DNA from: Planctomycetota bacterium
GTDB taxonomy: Bacteria; Planctomycetota; UBA8108; SXIK01
Assembly: GCA_965223265.1 (NCBI GenBank)
Contig: OZ244999.1
Coordinates: forward strand, 5,984,001-6,048,000
Length of the DNA: 64,000 bases
Direction: 5' to 3'
Under the pieces are notes generated by a model. It was not told the origin of the DNA. It saw nothing but the letters and a program-made list of their open reading frames with translations, and searched no databases. Every line of letters begins with the position of its first letter. Position 1 is the stretch's first letter. Position numbers and translations under genes: made by a program. Below, one piece after another: positions 47,252 to 56,996 of the stretch.

Positions 47252-50200
47252 TCCTGGAGATCCTGTGGGCCCGCGCGCTAGCGACGGACAGAGCGGCTCA
47301 TGCAAAGCCGACGAAATCTTCGAAGAGTACGCTGCGCGCATCAACGCCGGTGAGGGCGTCGACTACGATGAAATCCGGAGCGCCTATCCGGAGTTTGCCT
47401 CGGCGTTGATCGAAGACCTGGAGTTGTTCAAGGGACTCGGCAGCGAGGCGGCCGTTCCCGAGGCCTTGGGCGTCCTCGGTGATTACACCCTTCAGCGGCA
47501 GATCGGCCGCGGCGGCATGGGGGTCGTCTATGACGCGTGGCAGAACTCGGTGGGGCGCCGCGTTGCCCTGAAAATGCTGCCGGCCGGGGTGGCGCGTGAA
47601 ACCCGATCGGTGACGCGCTTCATCCGCGAGGCGAAGACGGCGGCGCAGCTCAACCACCCGAGCGTCGTCTCCGTTTTTGGAATGGGCGTCGAGGCAGGCA
47701 CGCCTTACTTCGCCATGGAGTTCGTTGCTGGTAAGACACTGGCGCAGATGCTGAAGAAAATCAAGGAGGCGGAGGATGGAGCCGAGACGGTCTTCGGAGA
47801 TCAATCCGCGGCAGGATACTTCGAGAAGATCGGCAAGACCTTCGCCGACGTTGCGGAAGGCCTTGCGCACGCACACTCCAAGGGCGTGATCCATCGCGAC
47901 ATCAAACCGTCCAACCTGATCCTTGATCGCGAAGGTCGACTGCGCATCCTCGACTTCGGGCTGGCACGACTCGAAGGTCAAGAGAGCCTGACGATCAGCG
48001 GCGACGTGGTCGGCACACCATCCTACATGAGCCCCGAGCAGGCACGGGCGAAGAAGATTCCGATCGACCACCGCAGCGACGTCTACTCTCTCGGCGCGAC
48101 GCTCTACGAAACGCTCACCGGCCAGCCACCCTTCTCCGGCAAGGACCACGCCGACACCATCTCGCAGATCATCGGACGGGATCCTATCGAGCCGCGGAAC
48201 GTGAATCCGAGGGTGCCGAAGGATCTCGAGACGGTCGTGTTGAAATGCCTGCGGAAAGACGCAAACGACCGCTACGGCACCGCGGAAGCACTGGCGCAAG
48301 ACCTCAGGCGTTTTGTGCGCGGGGAGGCAGTCGAGGCGCGGCCCGAGGCGAGCTGGCAACGCTTGGCGAGAAACGTCCGACTCTATCGCCGTACGCTCTT
48401 GGCAACCGCGGCGGCGTCTCTCCTCGTCGTCGTGGGATTGATCGTCGCCAACGGTGTGGTCGCACGAGCCAGGGATCAGGCGCGTTACGACCACTACGTG
48501 ACCGCTGTACGACTGGCCGGCGAGGATTGGAGGACGGGCAACTTCATCAGATTCACTGAGCTTCTCCGGGAGCAAATTCCCCAGTCAAATACGGCGCTAG
48601 ATTTTCGGGGCTGGGAATGGCACTACCTCGACTCTCTGCGCGGTGGCGAGCTACTCAGCATGGAGGCCACCGACCCTCGGCAGGTCGCCTGGAGCTCGGA
48701 TGGACAGCGCCTCGCCGCGGGAAGCACGGATGGGATCGTGAGAATCTGGAGAGTGAGCCCGGCGGGCGAACGAGCCGAGCTGGAGCACGCGCTCAGGCAC
48801 GAGGGCAAGCTCGCGGCCATCGCGTGGGAGCCCAGCGGCGAGCGGCTTGCCGTCGGCCTGAAGACGGGAGTTGTGACTCTGTGGGACCTCGCCGCCGACG
48901 AACGACTCGATTTGGCTGGCCACCGCGAACAACGGCTGGCCCTCGCCCTCGACTGGAGTCGGGACGGTCGCCTGGCCGTGGGCTGCCGGAGCGGCGCCGT
49001 GCTCGTTTGGAATGCGGACACGGGAGAACTGGAGCGGAGCTTTGACCTCGCCAACTTCGAATCGTTCTATCGGCTCTGGTCGCTCGCGCTGTGCCCTGAC
49101 GGCCGTCAGATCGCTTTCGGGATCCAAACCGTCGGTCAAGGCGGACAGATTCTGGTTGGAGAAACGGACGGTGCGGATTTCCAGCGCATCTCGGCGCATC
49201 GTTTTCTGGTCAAGGCTCTATCCTGGAGCCCCGATGGCGGCAGGCTCGCCTCCGGGGGCTACGGCGGCGCCGTCACAATCTGGAACGCTGAAAGCTGGAA
49301 TGAGCACGTGCTCCTGGACGGACACGATGGCATCGTTTATTCGCTGGCTTTCGGAGCCGACGGAAAGAAGCTTGCCTCGGGCGGTGCCGACAGCGCTGTG
49401 AAGATCTGGAGCGTGGAGGCAGATGAGGCCCCGCTCGTCTTCCGCGGTCATACCGGGCAGGTGCGCTCCGTCGCCTGGCATCCCAATCTCCGTCTGCTGG
49501 CCTCAGGGAGCTCGGACGGCAGTGTCAAGCTCTGGGACCCGGCTCGCGAACCCGATGCGATCGTCCTGAAAGACCTCGCGGATCCGTTCGTCTTTAGTCC
49601 AGACGGACAGTTCATCGCGGGAAACAAGGACCTACGGACTGGTCTGGTGAGGATTCTCGACACGTCGACGTTTGAGGAGCTTCAGACTCTCGACACCGCG
49701 GGAGAGTGGCCACCAACTCTGACCTTCAGCCCCGACACCCGCTTCCTTGCGGTCGGCAGCCAGACAACGGGGGACGTCGTGATCTGGGATTGGAGGCAGG
49801 GTGTCGTTGAGAGGCGGTTCCAGGCGCACAAGCGGACACGGTCGATCGACTGGCATCCCGGTGGCCGAGTTCTCGCCACGGGAGGCCGGGACGGGAGGGG
49901 TAGAATCTGGGACGCCGAAACCGGAAGAAAGCTCTGCGATCTGCCGATGGATTCGGAAGTGCTTTCTGTCCTCTGGAGCCCCAATGGAGCTCTACTCGCC
50001 ACGGCGGGCTACCGACAGGAAGTGATCGTCTGGAACGGTCACGGCCGCGTAGTCAAACGGCTCGATCGACATCCGGGTCAACACACCGAAGGCATGCAGG
50101 GGCAGTACTCTCTGGCGTGGAGTCCCGGGGGCGAGCGCCTCGCCGCGGTGAGCTCGGAGGGAGCGCTGGTCGTCTGGGAGACACGTGGCTGGATGGAGAT

Positions 50201-50462
50201 CGTCAGGGAGCGCGGGCACCTCTCGCAAGCCCGGTGCATCGACTGGAGCCCGGACGGCAGACGCCTCGTGACTGGCGGCGAGGACGGCAACGTCAAAGTC
50301 TGGGATGCGATAACGGGTGAGGAGCTCCTAACGCTGTACGGGCCGCGACTCATTTACTCCGTCGCTTGGACGCCGGACGGCCGAAGGTTTGCCGCGACGC
50401 ACGAAGACGGGATACGCGTCTACGAGGCGCCGGGCTACGAATCGGGCCACCCGGAGAAATAG
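47241..50462 (+). CDS. Ser/Thr protein kinase with WD40 repeats
   Basis: IGRGGMGVV, VALK, HRDIKPSN, DFGLA, GTPSYMSPEQ; RGWEWHYL linker; many GH...WSPDG...LASG...VKLWD units. Confidence 0.93.
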   Translation: METNPGDPVGPRASDGQSGSCKADEIFEEYAARINAGEGVDYDEIRSAYPEFASALIEDLELFKGLGSEAAVPEALGVLGDYTLQRQIGRGGMGVVYDAWQNSVGRRVALKMLPAGVARETRSVTRFIREAKTAAQLNHPSVVSVFGMGVEAGTPYFAMEFVAGKTLAQMLKKIKEAEDGAETVFGDQSAAGYFEKIGKTFADVAEGLAHAHSKGVIHRDIKPSNLILDREGRLRILDFGLARLEGQESLTISGDVVGTPSYMSPEQARAKKIPIDHRSDVYSLGATLYETLTGQPPFSGKDHADTISQIIGRDPIEPRNVNPRVPKDLETVVLKCLRKDANDRYGTAEALAQDLRRFVRGEAVEARPEASWQRLARNVRLYRRTLLATAAASLLVVVGLIVANGVVARARDQARYDHYVTAVRLAGEDWRTGNFIRFTELLREQIPQSNTALDFRGWEWHYLDSLRGGELLSMEATDPRQVAWSSDGQRLAAGSTDGIVRIWRVSPAGERAELEHALRHEGKLAAIAWEPSGERLAVGLKTGVVTLWDLAADERLDLAGHREQRLALALDWSRDGRLAVGCRSGAVLVWNADTGELERSFDLANFESFYRLWSLALCPDGRQIAFGIQTVGQGGQILVGETDGADFQRISAHRFLVKALSWSPDGGRLASGGYGGAVTIWNAESWNEHVLLDGHDGIVYSLAFGADGKKLASGGADSAVKIWSVEADEAPLVFRGHTGQVRSVAWHPNLRLLASGSSDGSVKLWDPAREPDAIVLKDLADPFVFSPDGQFIAGNKDLRTGLVRILDTSTFEELQTLDTAGEWPPTLTFSPDTRFLAVGSQTTGDVVIWDWRQGVVERRFQAHKRTRSIDWHPGGRVLATGGRDGRGRIWDAETGRKLCDLPMDSEVLSVLWSPNGALLATAGYRQEVIVWNGHGRVVKRLDRHPGQHTEGMQGQYSLAWSPGGERLAAVSSEGALVVWETRGWMEIVRERGHLSQARCIDWSPDGRRLVTGGEDGNVKVWDAITGEELLTLYGPRLIYSVAWTPDGRRFAATHEDGIRVYEAPGYESGHPEK

Positions 50463-50728
50463 ACCGGAGACCGACAACAAGGAATCAAATCGAACAAAGC
50501 GGCCAAGCTCAGTCTCACCAGCCCGGCACCACACGAAAAGACGCTGACTCTGAGACATCGTCGCAAAGATGCGGCAACGAGGGTTTCGTGCATGATTCTT
50601 GCCGCAAGAGTTGAGCAGTGAATCTACGTGTCACGCTGCGAGAGATCGCCGCGCGAAGGCGCTGTCGCACGACGGCGAGCGATGCAGAGGAAAGGCGTCA
50701 GAACATGGAATCCACACCCTTCACTCCC

Positions 50729-52231
50729 TCAGTCTCTTCCGTCGATAAGCGCCGGCAGCTGAACACGCTCGATCACACCCACCTGGGGCGACCAGCTGTG
50801 GATGGCCCGTCGACTCTGCACAACGTCAACCTTCGCCGGTCGGTCGCTGCCGATCCAGATGCAGTAGTCACCGTAGCGGTCGCATGTCGTCTCTACAGTC
50901 TTGCCGCTTTCCAGCGTGACGGCCAACCGGCGAGTGAAGAAATCGTTCGACTCGGCAGGAATGAGCTGACCGGTGAGAAACATTCGGGTATCCACACGGA
51001 TCGTCATTCCGTCGCGTAGGTCATGGAACTGCGCACTCTCTAGGCGCGCCCCTCCTTCCTTCGACAGGATGTACAAGTCCTCATTCATTCCCTCATAGAT
51101 CGTGAGCACGAACTCGCCCTTGGTTTCCTCTTGGTACAGAAACGTATGCTGCAAACCGAAAGCGAGAGTGGCAGCTGCACACGGACGACCTACGAATGCT
51201 GTCAGATCTTCGGCATCCGATAGGTTCGTGTAGCCGAGAAGTGGACGGGTCGTTGACACCGCATAGGTCAGCGGCTCTCCGGAAGCATCGACGATACGAA
51301 CGCCCAGAGACTGCGCCTTACCAAGTATCAGTGACGCGCGGCGGCTCCCATTGACCTCAGCCATGTCAACGATCGCTCTGCCGTAGCGATGGCGCGGAAG
51401 TCTTCTTCCCGTCCAACCAACAATCTCAACATTCCCGTCTGCCGGCAGATCTGCGATTAACAAGTCGCTGGCACCTCGGCACGCCTCCCGGGGAACCTTG
51501 CGCCAGGAGTCGCGGCCGTTCGCGCCGTTCGCCCGGCGATAGTAGACCACCGCGTTGGGTATCGGGCTGCCATCCCGATCGACCACATCAACCGTCAGAA
51601 CTTCATCCGCATCGAGGGTCACGACGGGACTGTCGTCACTCTCCGCGTCGATGTGCGTTCGGTGAGACCCGAAGCTCCCATACCGGATCGCAACTGGGAG
51701 TCGCCGATCATGAAGTCCGTCAAGATGGAACACGCCGTGACGGTCAACTCGTCGGCGACGGCGGTGACGTTCGCTCCGTGGATAGAAAACGATTTCGCCC
51801 GTGATGGGCTGCCCACTCACCGTTTTGACGCGACCAGTTCGCTCGCCAGAAAACGGCCGAAACACCGGTTCGATCTGGACGAGGCGCCGCGGAAAAAAAA
51901 TCACCTTGGTGAACTCGACGCAGTCCTCGTGAGTGAGCACGATCCGAGCCCCCAAAGGAACCGACCTCCGATCGGGCAGAGTGAAAGAGAATCCTCCGTC
52001 CGCCTGAGTTGTCGAGGAACTTAGGAACGAACCGCCACCGGAAACGAACCGCAGCTCGATACGCCCGCCGCGGAGGGGGAACTCCCGGCTGCCGCGAAAC
52101 GCTCGCCCGCGAATGACGGCGTCGGCGCTGTTTCGAGATCCAGGCTGATCCATTGCAGCCTGACAACCGAGGATCTCGAAAAACAGTAAGGCTCCAGAGA
52201 AGCGAGCAACCAGCGGCAAAAGGTGCTTCAT
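50729..52231 (-). CDS. Lipoprotein with carboxypeptidase-regulatory-like repeats
   Basis: MKHLLPLVARFSGALLFFEILGC lipobox; TGRVKTVSGQPI, VDVVDRDGSPIPNA, VRIVDASGEPL. Confidence 0.65.
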   Translation of the reverse strand: MKHLLPLVARFSGALLFFEILGCQAAMDQPGSRNSADAVIRGRAFRGSREFPLRGGRIELRFVSGGGSFLSSSTTQADGGFSFTLPDRRSVPLGARIVLTHEDCVEFTKVIFFPRRLVQIEPVFRPFSGERTGRVKTVSGQPITGEIVFYPRSERHRRRRRVDRHGVFHLDGLHDRRLPVAIRYGSFGSHRTHIDAESDDSPVVTLDADEVLTVDVVDRDGSPIPNAVVYYRRANGANGRDSWRKVPREACRGASDLLIADLPADGNVEIVGWTGRRLPRHRYGRAIVDMAEVNGSRRASLILGKAQSLGVRIVDASGEPLTYAVSTTRPLLGYTNLSDAEDLTAFVGRPCAAATLAFGLQHTFLYQEETKGEFVLTIYEGMNEDLYILSKEGGARLESAQFHDLRDGMTIRVDTRMFLTGQLIPAESNDFFTRRLAVTLESGKTVETTCDRYGDYCIWIGSDRPAKVDVVQSRRAIHSWSPQVGVIERVQLPALIDGRD

Positions 52232-52469
52232 GACGTACCGGCGGCGGCAACCAAGGTCCACGCAGCTATGAACGCAGTTCTTCTGGATACTATCGTGTGC
52301 ATCGACCGAACTTGAATCGACCCTTGGCGCCCCCCACAATGACCTGGAGACCACCTCGGATTGTGAGACCCGTTGCTTCTTAACATAACGGCGCCCCGAG
52401 GGGTTGCAACGACACGAGCGAATCAGCCGCACGAGTGAATCATAAGTCCACCCCACGGGGAGCCTTGCC

Positions 52470-53078
52470 ATGCAGAGTGGCTCGCCTGATGCTGATCCAG
52501 AACGGAGTCCGCGCCGATGCGACCCTGTCGGACTGTTGCGTCGCGTCATGCTCGCGGCCGCCTACTGCTCGTTAGGATTGTGGATTCTTCTCTTCGCAGG
52601 GATGAGTTTCACCGTCGCGTTCCTGACGACATTCGTAGTCGAAAACCGGCTCGATGAACGCGTGTGGGTCACCCCCGTCGGCAGGTGGCGGTCGGGTGAC
52701 GACCTGCGATCTCCACTTCCGGTCTCGCACTTCGTCGGCATTGCCGCGGTCCGCTCGTTCGTGCGCGGCGGATACGAGTTGCCGCCAGGCGAGAGCGTCT
52801 CGATCACCTATGATTTCGACGACATCGCACCTACCGAAATTGTTGTCGAAGACGCCACCGGTGGAGTCCACCAGATGGTGGCGGAGGCGGGCGGGCGCCA
52901 CTTCGTCGTGCAAGCCACTACTCTGGCTCCGGCGACGACGCCAGTCTTGAACGCTGCGCGCGACGCGCGGCGATGGTCCCGCGCTGGAGTGATGGAACTC
53001 CTCGTCATCATCCTGCCTTGGCCCACCATCGTCCTGTTGTCGTGGCTCGTGAGGAGGCGGCGACCACACCCACAGTAG
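52470..53078 (+). CDS. Hypothetical two-TM membrane protein
   Basis: GGGGAG RBS; N- and C-terminal TM segments flanking a beta domain (FVVENRL...VWVTPVG, YDFDD). Confidence 0.65.
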   Translation: MQSGSPDADPERSPRRCDPVGLLRRVMLAAAYCSLGLWILLFAGMSFTVAFLTTFVVENRLDERVWVTPVGRWRSGDDLRSPLPVSHFVGIAAVRSFVRGGYELPPGESVSITYDFDDIAPTEIVVEDATGGVHQMVAEAGGRHFVVQATTLAPATTPVLNAARDARRWSRAGVMELLVIILPWPTIVLLSWLVRRRRPHPQ

Positions 53079-53256
53079 TTTCGATTCACCTTGCTTTCGA
53101 GCATTCGCCGTCGAGGCTGCGGGTTAGAATCAAAGAAGAGAACGCATCAACCTAAGTGATCGACGGACCGGCAAGGCGCTTCACTGGACGAAAACTCTGC
53201 CGCGCCTTCTTGCTAACGGTGAGTCAGGTCATTCGAGCAGAGAGGGACAACCACCG

Positions 53257-53811
53257 ATGCTCTATCGGGTGTGTGCGATTGCACTCATCGTGAACAGCCT
53301 CTTCTTCTTTCGTGGTTGCAGTGCGCTGCATGGTTCGAGATTCTCCCTTGGCTTCGTGGCGCACACGGCCGATGTCGCAACAACAGAAGTGGGGATGGCT
53401 CTTTTTCCGGACCGCGTGCTCAGTGTCTCGCTCGTCTATCTCGTTCCAAACCTCGCCGCCGGGATGCTCTTCGGCATCATGGTTCTACGCCTGCGTGAGC
53501 GACGTCGAGCTTGGATCTCGCTCTTTGCCTCCGCCGGGTTGATCAACTGCTTCATGCTCTCGATTCACGTCTGGGCGTACATCGTTTGTCTGCCTTCGGA
53601 ATGGATCTCCATCGGCACACGATGGCTCCTATTCCTTGGGCGCCCAGCCAAGGGAATGGATCCTAGGTTTTCACAAAGCATCGCGTCTCGGATCTGGTTC
53701 CTTGCTTTGTTTGCGTTGCTGTACGGTGGGTCCTCCCTGATCGCGAGACTCCGGGCGTCTCATCGAGACTGGCCAGACCCCGATCGAACCACTGGAGTCG
53801 GCGGAACATGA
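53257..53811 (+). CDS. Hypothetical membrane protein
   Basis: GAGGGA RBS; 3-4 hydrophobic segments; ATGA overlap with the next gene. Confidence 0.6.
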   Translation: MLYRVCAIALIVNSLFFFRGCSALHGSRFSLGFVAHTADVATTEVGMALFPDRVLSVSLVYLVPNLAAGMLFGIMVLRLRERRRAWISLFASAGLINCFMLSIHVWAYIVCLPSEWISIGTRWLLFLGRPAKGMDPRFSQSIASRIWFLALFALLYGGSSLIARLRASHRDWPDPDRTTGVGGT

Positions 53812-56800
53812 CAGGAAGACAGCGGAGGAAGACGCACAAGAAGAGTCCAACGAACAAGCGCCGCGGAGTGAGTTCCAGCGCGTCATCGGCTCGGGAGATC
53901 CGGCCGCCCGCAGTCTGTTTCAGCATCGGTGTGCACCGTGCTCCGCTCTCAACGTACGTTTGGCCTCTTCTCACGATCATCCTGTTGACCCTGCCGGCGA
54001 GGAGCGGCAAGACGCAAGAAGTCGCCGTTTGGGGCGTCTTCGAAACCGCCATCGAGAATTCGACCGTCTACGCGAACCCGTTCACCGACGTCGCGTTGAC
54101 TGCGACATTCACCAGCCCGAACGGGGAGACGTTCGAGTTTTTCGGCTTTCACGACGGCGACGGACAGGGCGGCCAAGGCGGAAACGTCTGGAAACTCCGC
54201 TTCATGCCGGATACGGCTGGCGAATGGAGCTACTCGTACGACTGGTCCGACGAGGCACCGGCAGGGTCCGGAACATTCGATGCAGTCGCGGCCAACCTTC
54301 CCGGAGCCATTCAACCCGATGAACAGAGCCCGAGCGTTTGGCGGCTCGAGGATCGAAGAGAATTCATTCCGTTCCATGTTGCCGGACCAGGCTTTGAAAC
54401 GGCGGACGATCCCCGACTCGGGGAGTATCTTGACTATCTCAGGGAAGATCTCGGCGCACGCGGCGTGGCGGTGGTCCTCCGGAATCTCGTCTGGCTGGAT
54501 TGCGAGAACGATGCGTCCTGCTCGCCGGTGAACGACAGCTTCTCGATCAGAAACTGGCGCCGGGCGGACCATTTTCTCTCCGAGCTTGAGGCACGAGAGC
54601 TCGGCGTCAACATCATGATCTATACCGACGACGCGGAGCGACCTCTTTTCGGCGGGCAATCGTCGAAGGAGTTGCTCCTCTTCCGATACTTGATGGCGAG
54701 ACTCGCTCCGTACCCTTTCATCACCTTCGACTCTGGCATCGACATCACGGAGTACCGGTCGTCGCCCTGGAGTAGCTGGTTCGCTCAGACTCTCCGCGAC
54801 CTCGACCCGTGGAACCACCTGGTGGGATCGAGGCATGGCGGCGGTTCTGGCGAATTCTCGTGCGCAGCATGCTCCTACGATGCGCTCGGCGACGTACACC
54901 CGACGTACGCGGCCATCCTTGCCACCATGACGTCGACACAAAAACCCATCTTCTACACCGACCGCTGGCGGGAGGACTTTCGACGTGGAGACTTCGACAG
55001 CGACAGCCTCCGGCGCATCATGTGGTACTGCAGCCTTGCTGGGGGCGCCGGGTTCATGGTCGGCGGCAGGAACGGAAGTCTGCGCTTTGAGGACTTCGAG
55101 AGCGACCTCGACAACCCACCGCAGTTCAAAGCGTTCTCTGAGTTTTGGCATGCGCGAGACATCCCGTGGGCGACGTTTTCACCGTGCAATGATCGCGTCA
55201 ATGGTGGTGTCTGTCTCGGAGACGGCAGCGGTCAGTGGATCGTTTATCTCGACGCTGGCGGCTCCGTCATCGTCGACCTCTTCGACGCGGATGAACTGCT
55301 CAGCGTCGAGTGGCTCAATCCGAGAACTGGCGACCACCAAGTGGGTATTGCCGTCGCCGGTGGTGAAGCGGTCGAGTTCACGGCGCCAGGCGCCGGCGAC
55401 TGGGTATTACATCTCAGCAATCAAATCGCCGACCCGACGCCCCCGAGTGCACCGACCGGGGCGATCGCCGAGGCGCTGAGCGACGCCCAAATCACTCTGA
55501 CGTGGAACGAAGCGAGCGATCCGGAGAGTGGCATCATCCGTTACCAACTCCATCGCGACGGGACACCGATCGCCGACGTGCTCTTCGACGAACTTGCGTA
55601 CACAGACGACGGACTTGAGGAGCAGACGACCTACGTCTACGAAGTGTCTGCCATCAACGGCAGCGGCATCGAAGGAGCAAGAGGCGTTGCTACCGAGGCG
55701 ACGACAACAGCCGATGTGACAGCCCCCGCCCTCGTCTCGGCTGTGGCGTATCGGCAAGACCAGGTCATCGTCCTCTTCAGTGAATCGCTGGCGCAGGAAT
55801 CTGCCGAGACCGCGCCTCACTACAGTATTAACGACGACGTGGATGTTCTCGCGGCCGAACTGGACTCGGACGATCGTACTGTGCTGCTGACAACGTCGGG
55901 TCTCGCGCCGCACGTGCTCTACTCGTTGACTGTCAACGGCGTGGAGGATCGTTCTGCCGCTGGCAACGCCATCGCCGCGAACTCACAGATCGATTTCACG
56001 CTCACCACCCGGGTCTCAGAATCTCTCGTCGTTCTCTACACGTTCGAGGACGGACCTGGAACGACCGTTTTCGACGTTTCAGGTGTCGACCCCGCACTCG
56101 ATCTCGAACTCGCTCATGCGGCACGAGCCACATGGTTGCCGGACGCAGTCGTCATCGAGGGGAACACGATGATCGCGTCGCCAGGACCGGCGACCAAAAT
56201 CATTGAAGCCTGCAAGGCCACAGATGCGATCACCATCGAAGCGTGGATGAGGCCACAAAACGCGATCCAGGATGGACCAGCCCGCATCGTCACATTGTCA
56301 GCCAACACCTCGGAGCGTGATTTCACTCTCGGTCAAAGCTTGAACGAATACGACGTCCGATTCCGAACCACAGCCACTGACGGACAGGGACTCCCTTCCG
56401 TGACGACCCCGGACGGCGCCGTTCAGAACGCGCTCAGCCACATCGTTTACGCACGGGACGCGGGCGGGCGAGTCCGCCTCTTCGTGGACGCGATCGAACG
56501 CGTCAGCACCATTCGAAGCGGCGACCTGTCGAACTGGAATGCGGGCTATCGCCTCGCGCTCGCGAACGAGCTTTCGCTGGACCGAGGCTGGCTCGGTGAA
56601 ATCCACCTCGTGGCGATTTACGACCGAGCGCTTTCTACAAGCGAAGTGGAGCAGAACTACCAAGTCGGACCGGGCAGTCATACCACATTCGATCGCGGCG
56701 ACCCGAACGTGGACGGCGCGACCGACATCAGCGACCCCGTCTTCGTGCTCAACTACCTCTTCGCGGATGCGGACACACCGACATGCCTCAAGGCGGCAGA

Positions 56801-56957
56801 TGCGAACGACGACGGCGGGATCGATATCTCAGACCCCATTTTTCTCCTGAACCATCTCTTCGTGAACGGGCCGGCTCCAGACGCGCCCTTCGAGTCCTGC
56901 GGGAACGATCCGACCTCCGATGCCTTGAGCTGCCTGTCGCATCCTCCCTGTCAATAG
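53808..56957 (+). CDS. Secreted DUF5060 / putative glycoside hydrolase-like protein with FN3, Ig, LamG and C-terminal dockerin-like module
   Basis: YANPFTDV...FTSPNG...WKLRFMP...GEWSY (DUF5060-like); DPWNHL; EWLNPRTG...GDWVL; DPTPPSAPT...TWNEASD...Y..SAING (FN3); TIEAW...HIV...LFVD...IYDRALS (LamG); FDRGDPNVDG. The start may be GTG 53931. Confidence 0.82.
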   Translation: MTGRQRRKTHKKSPTNKRRGVSSSASSAREIRPPAVCFSIGVHRAPLSTYVWPLLTIILLTLPARSGKTQEVAVWGVFETAIENSTVYANPFTDVALTATFTSPNGETFEFFGFHDGDGQGGQGGNVWKLRFMPDTAGEWSYSYDWSDEAPAGSGTFDAVAANLPGAIQPDEQSPSVWRLEDRREFIPFHVAGPGFETADDPRLGEYLDYLREDLGARGVAVVLRNLVWLDCENDASCSPVNDSFSIRNWRRADHFLSELEARELGVNIMIYTDDAERPLFGGQSSKELLLFRYLMARLAPYPFITFDSGIDITEYRSSPWSSWFAQTLRDLDPWNHLVGSRHGGGSGEFSCAACSYDALGDVHPTYAAILATMTSTQKPIFYTDRWREDFRRGDFDSDSLRRIMWYCSLAGGAGFMVGGRNGSLRFEDFESDLDNPPQFKAFSEFWHARDIPWATFSPCNDRVNGGVCLGDGSGQWIVYLDAGGSVIVDLFDADELLSVEWLNPRTGDHQVGIAVAGGEAVEFTAPGAGDWVLHLSNQIADPTPPSAPTGAIAEALSDAQITLTWNEASDPESGIIRYQLHRDGTPIADVLFDELAYTDDGLEEQTTYVYEVSAINGSGIEGARGVATEATTTADVTAPALVSAVAYRQDQVIVLFSESLAQESAETAPHYSINDDVDVLAAELDSDDRTVLLTTSGLAPHVLYSLTVNGVEDRSAAGNAIAANSQIDFTLTTRVSESLVVLYTFEDGPGTTVFDVSGVDPALDLELAHAARATWLPDAVVIEGNTMIASPGPATKIIEACKATDAITIEAWMRPQNAIQDGPARIVTLSANTSERDFTLGQSLNEYDVRFRTTATDGQGLPSVTTPDGAVQNALSHIVYARDAGGRVRLFVDAIERVSTIRSGDLSNWNAGYRLALANELSLDRGWLGEIHLVAIYDRALSTSEVEQNYQVGPGSHTTFDRGDPNVDGATDISDPVFVLNYLFADADTPTCLKAADANDDGGIDISDPIFLLNHLFVNGPAPDAPFESCGNDPTSDALSCLSHPPCQ

Positions 56958-56996
56958 ATTGCCGGAACGAATTGCCAGAACGAGCCGTGGCACGGC

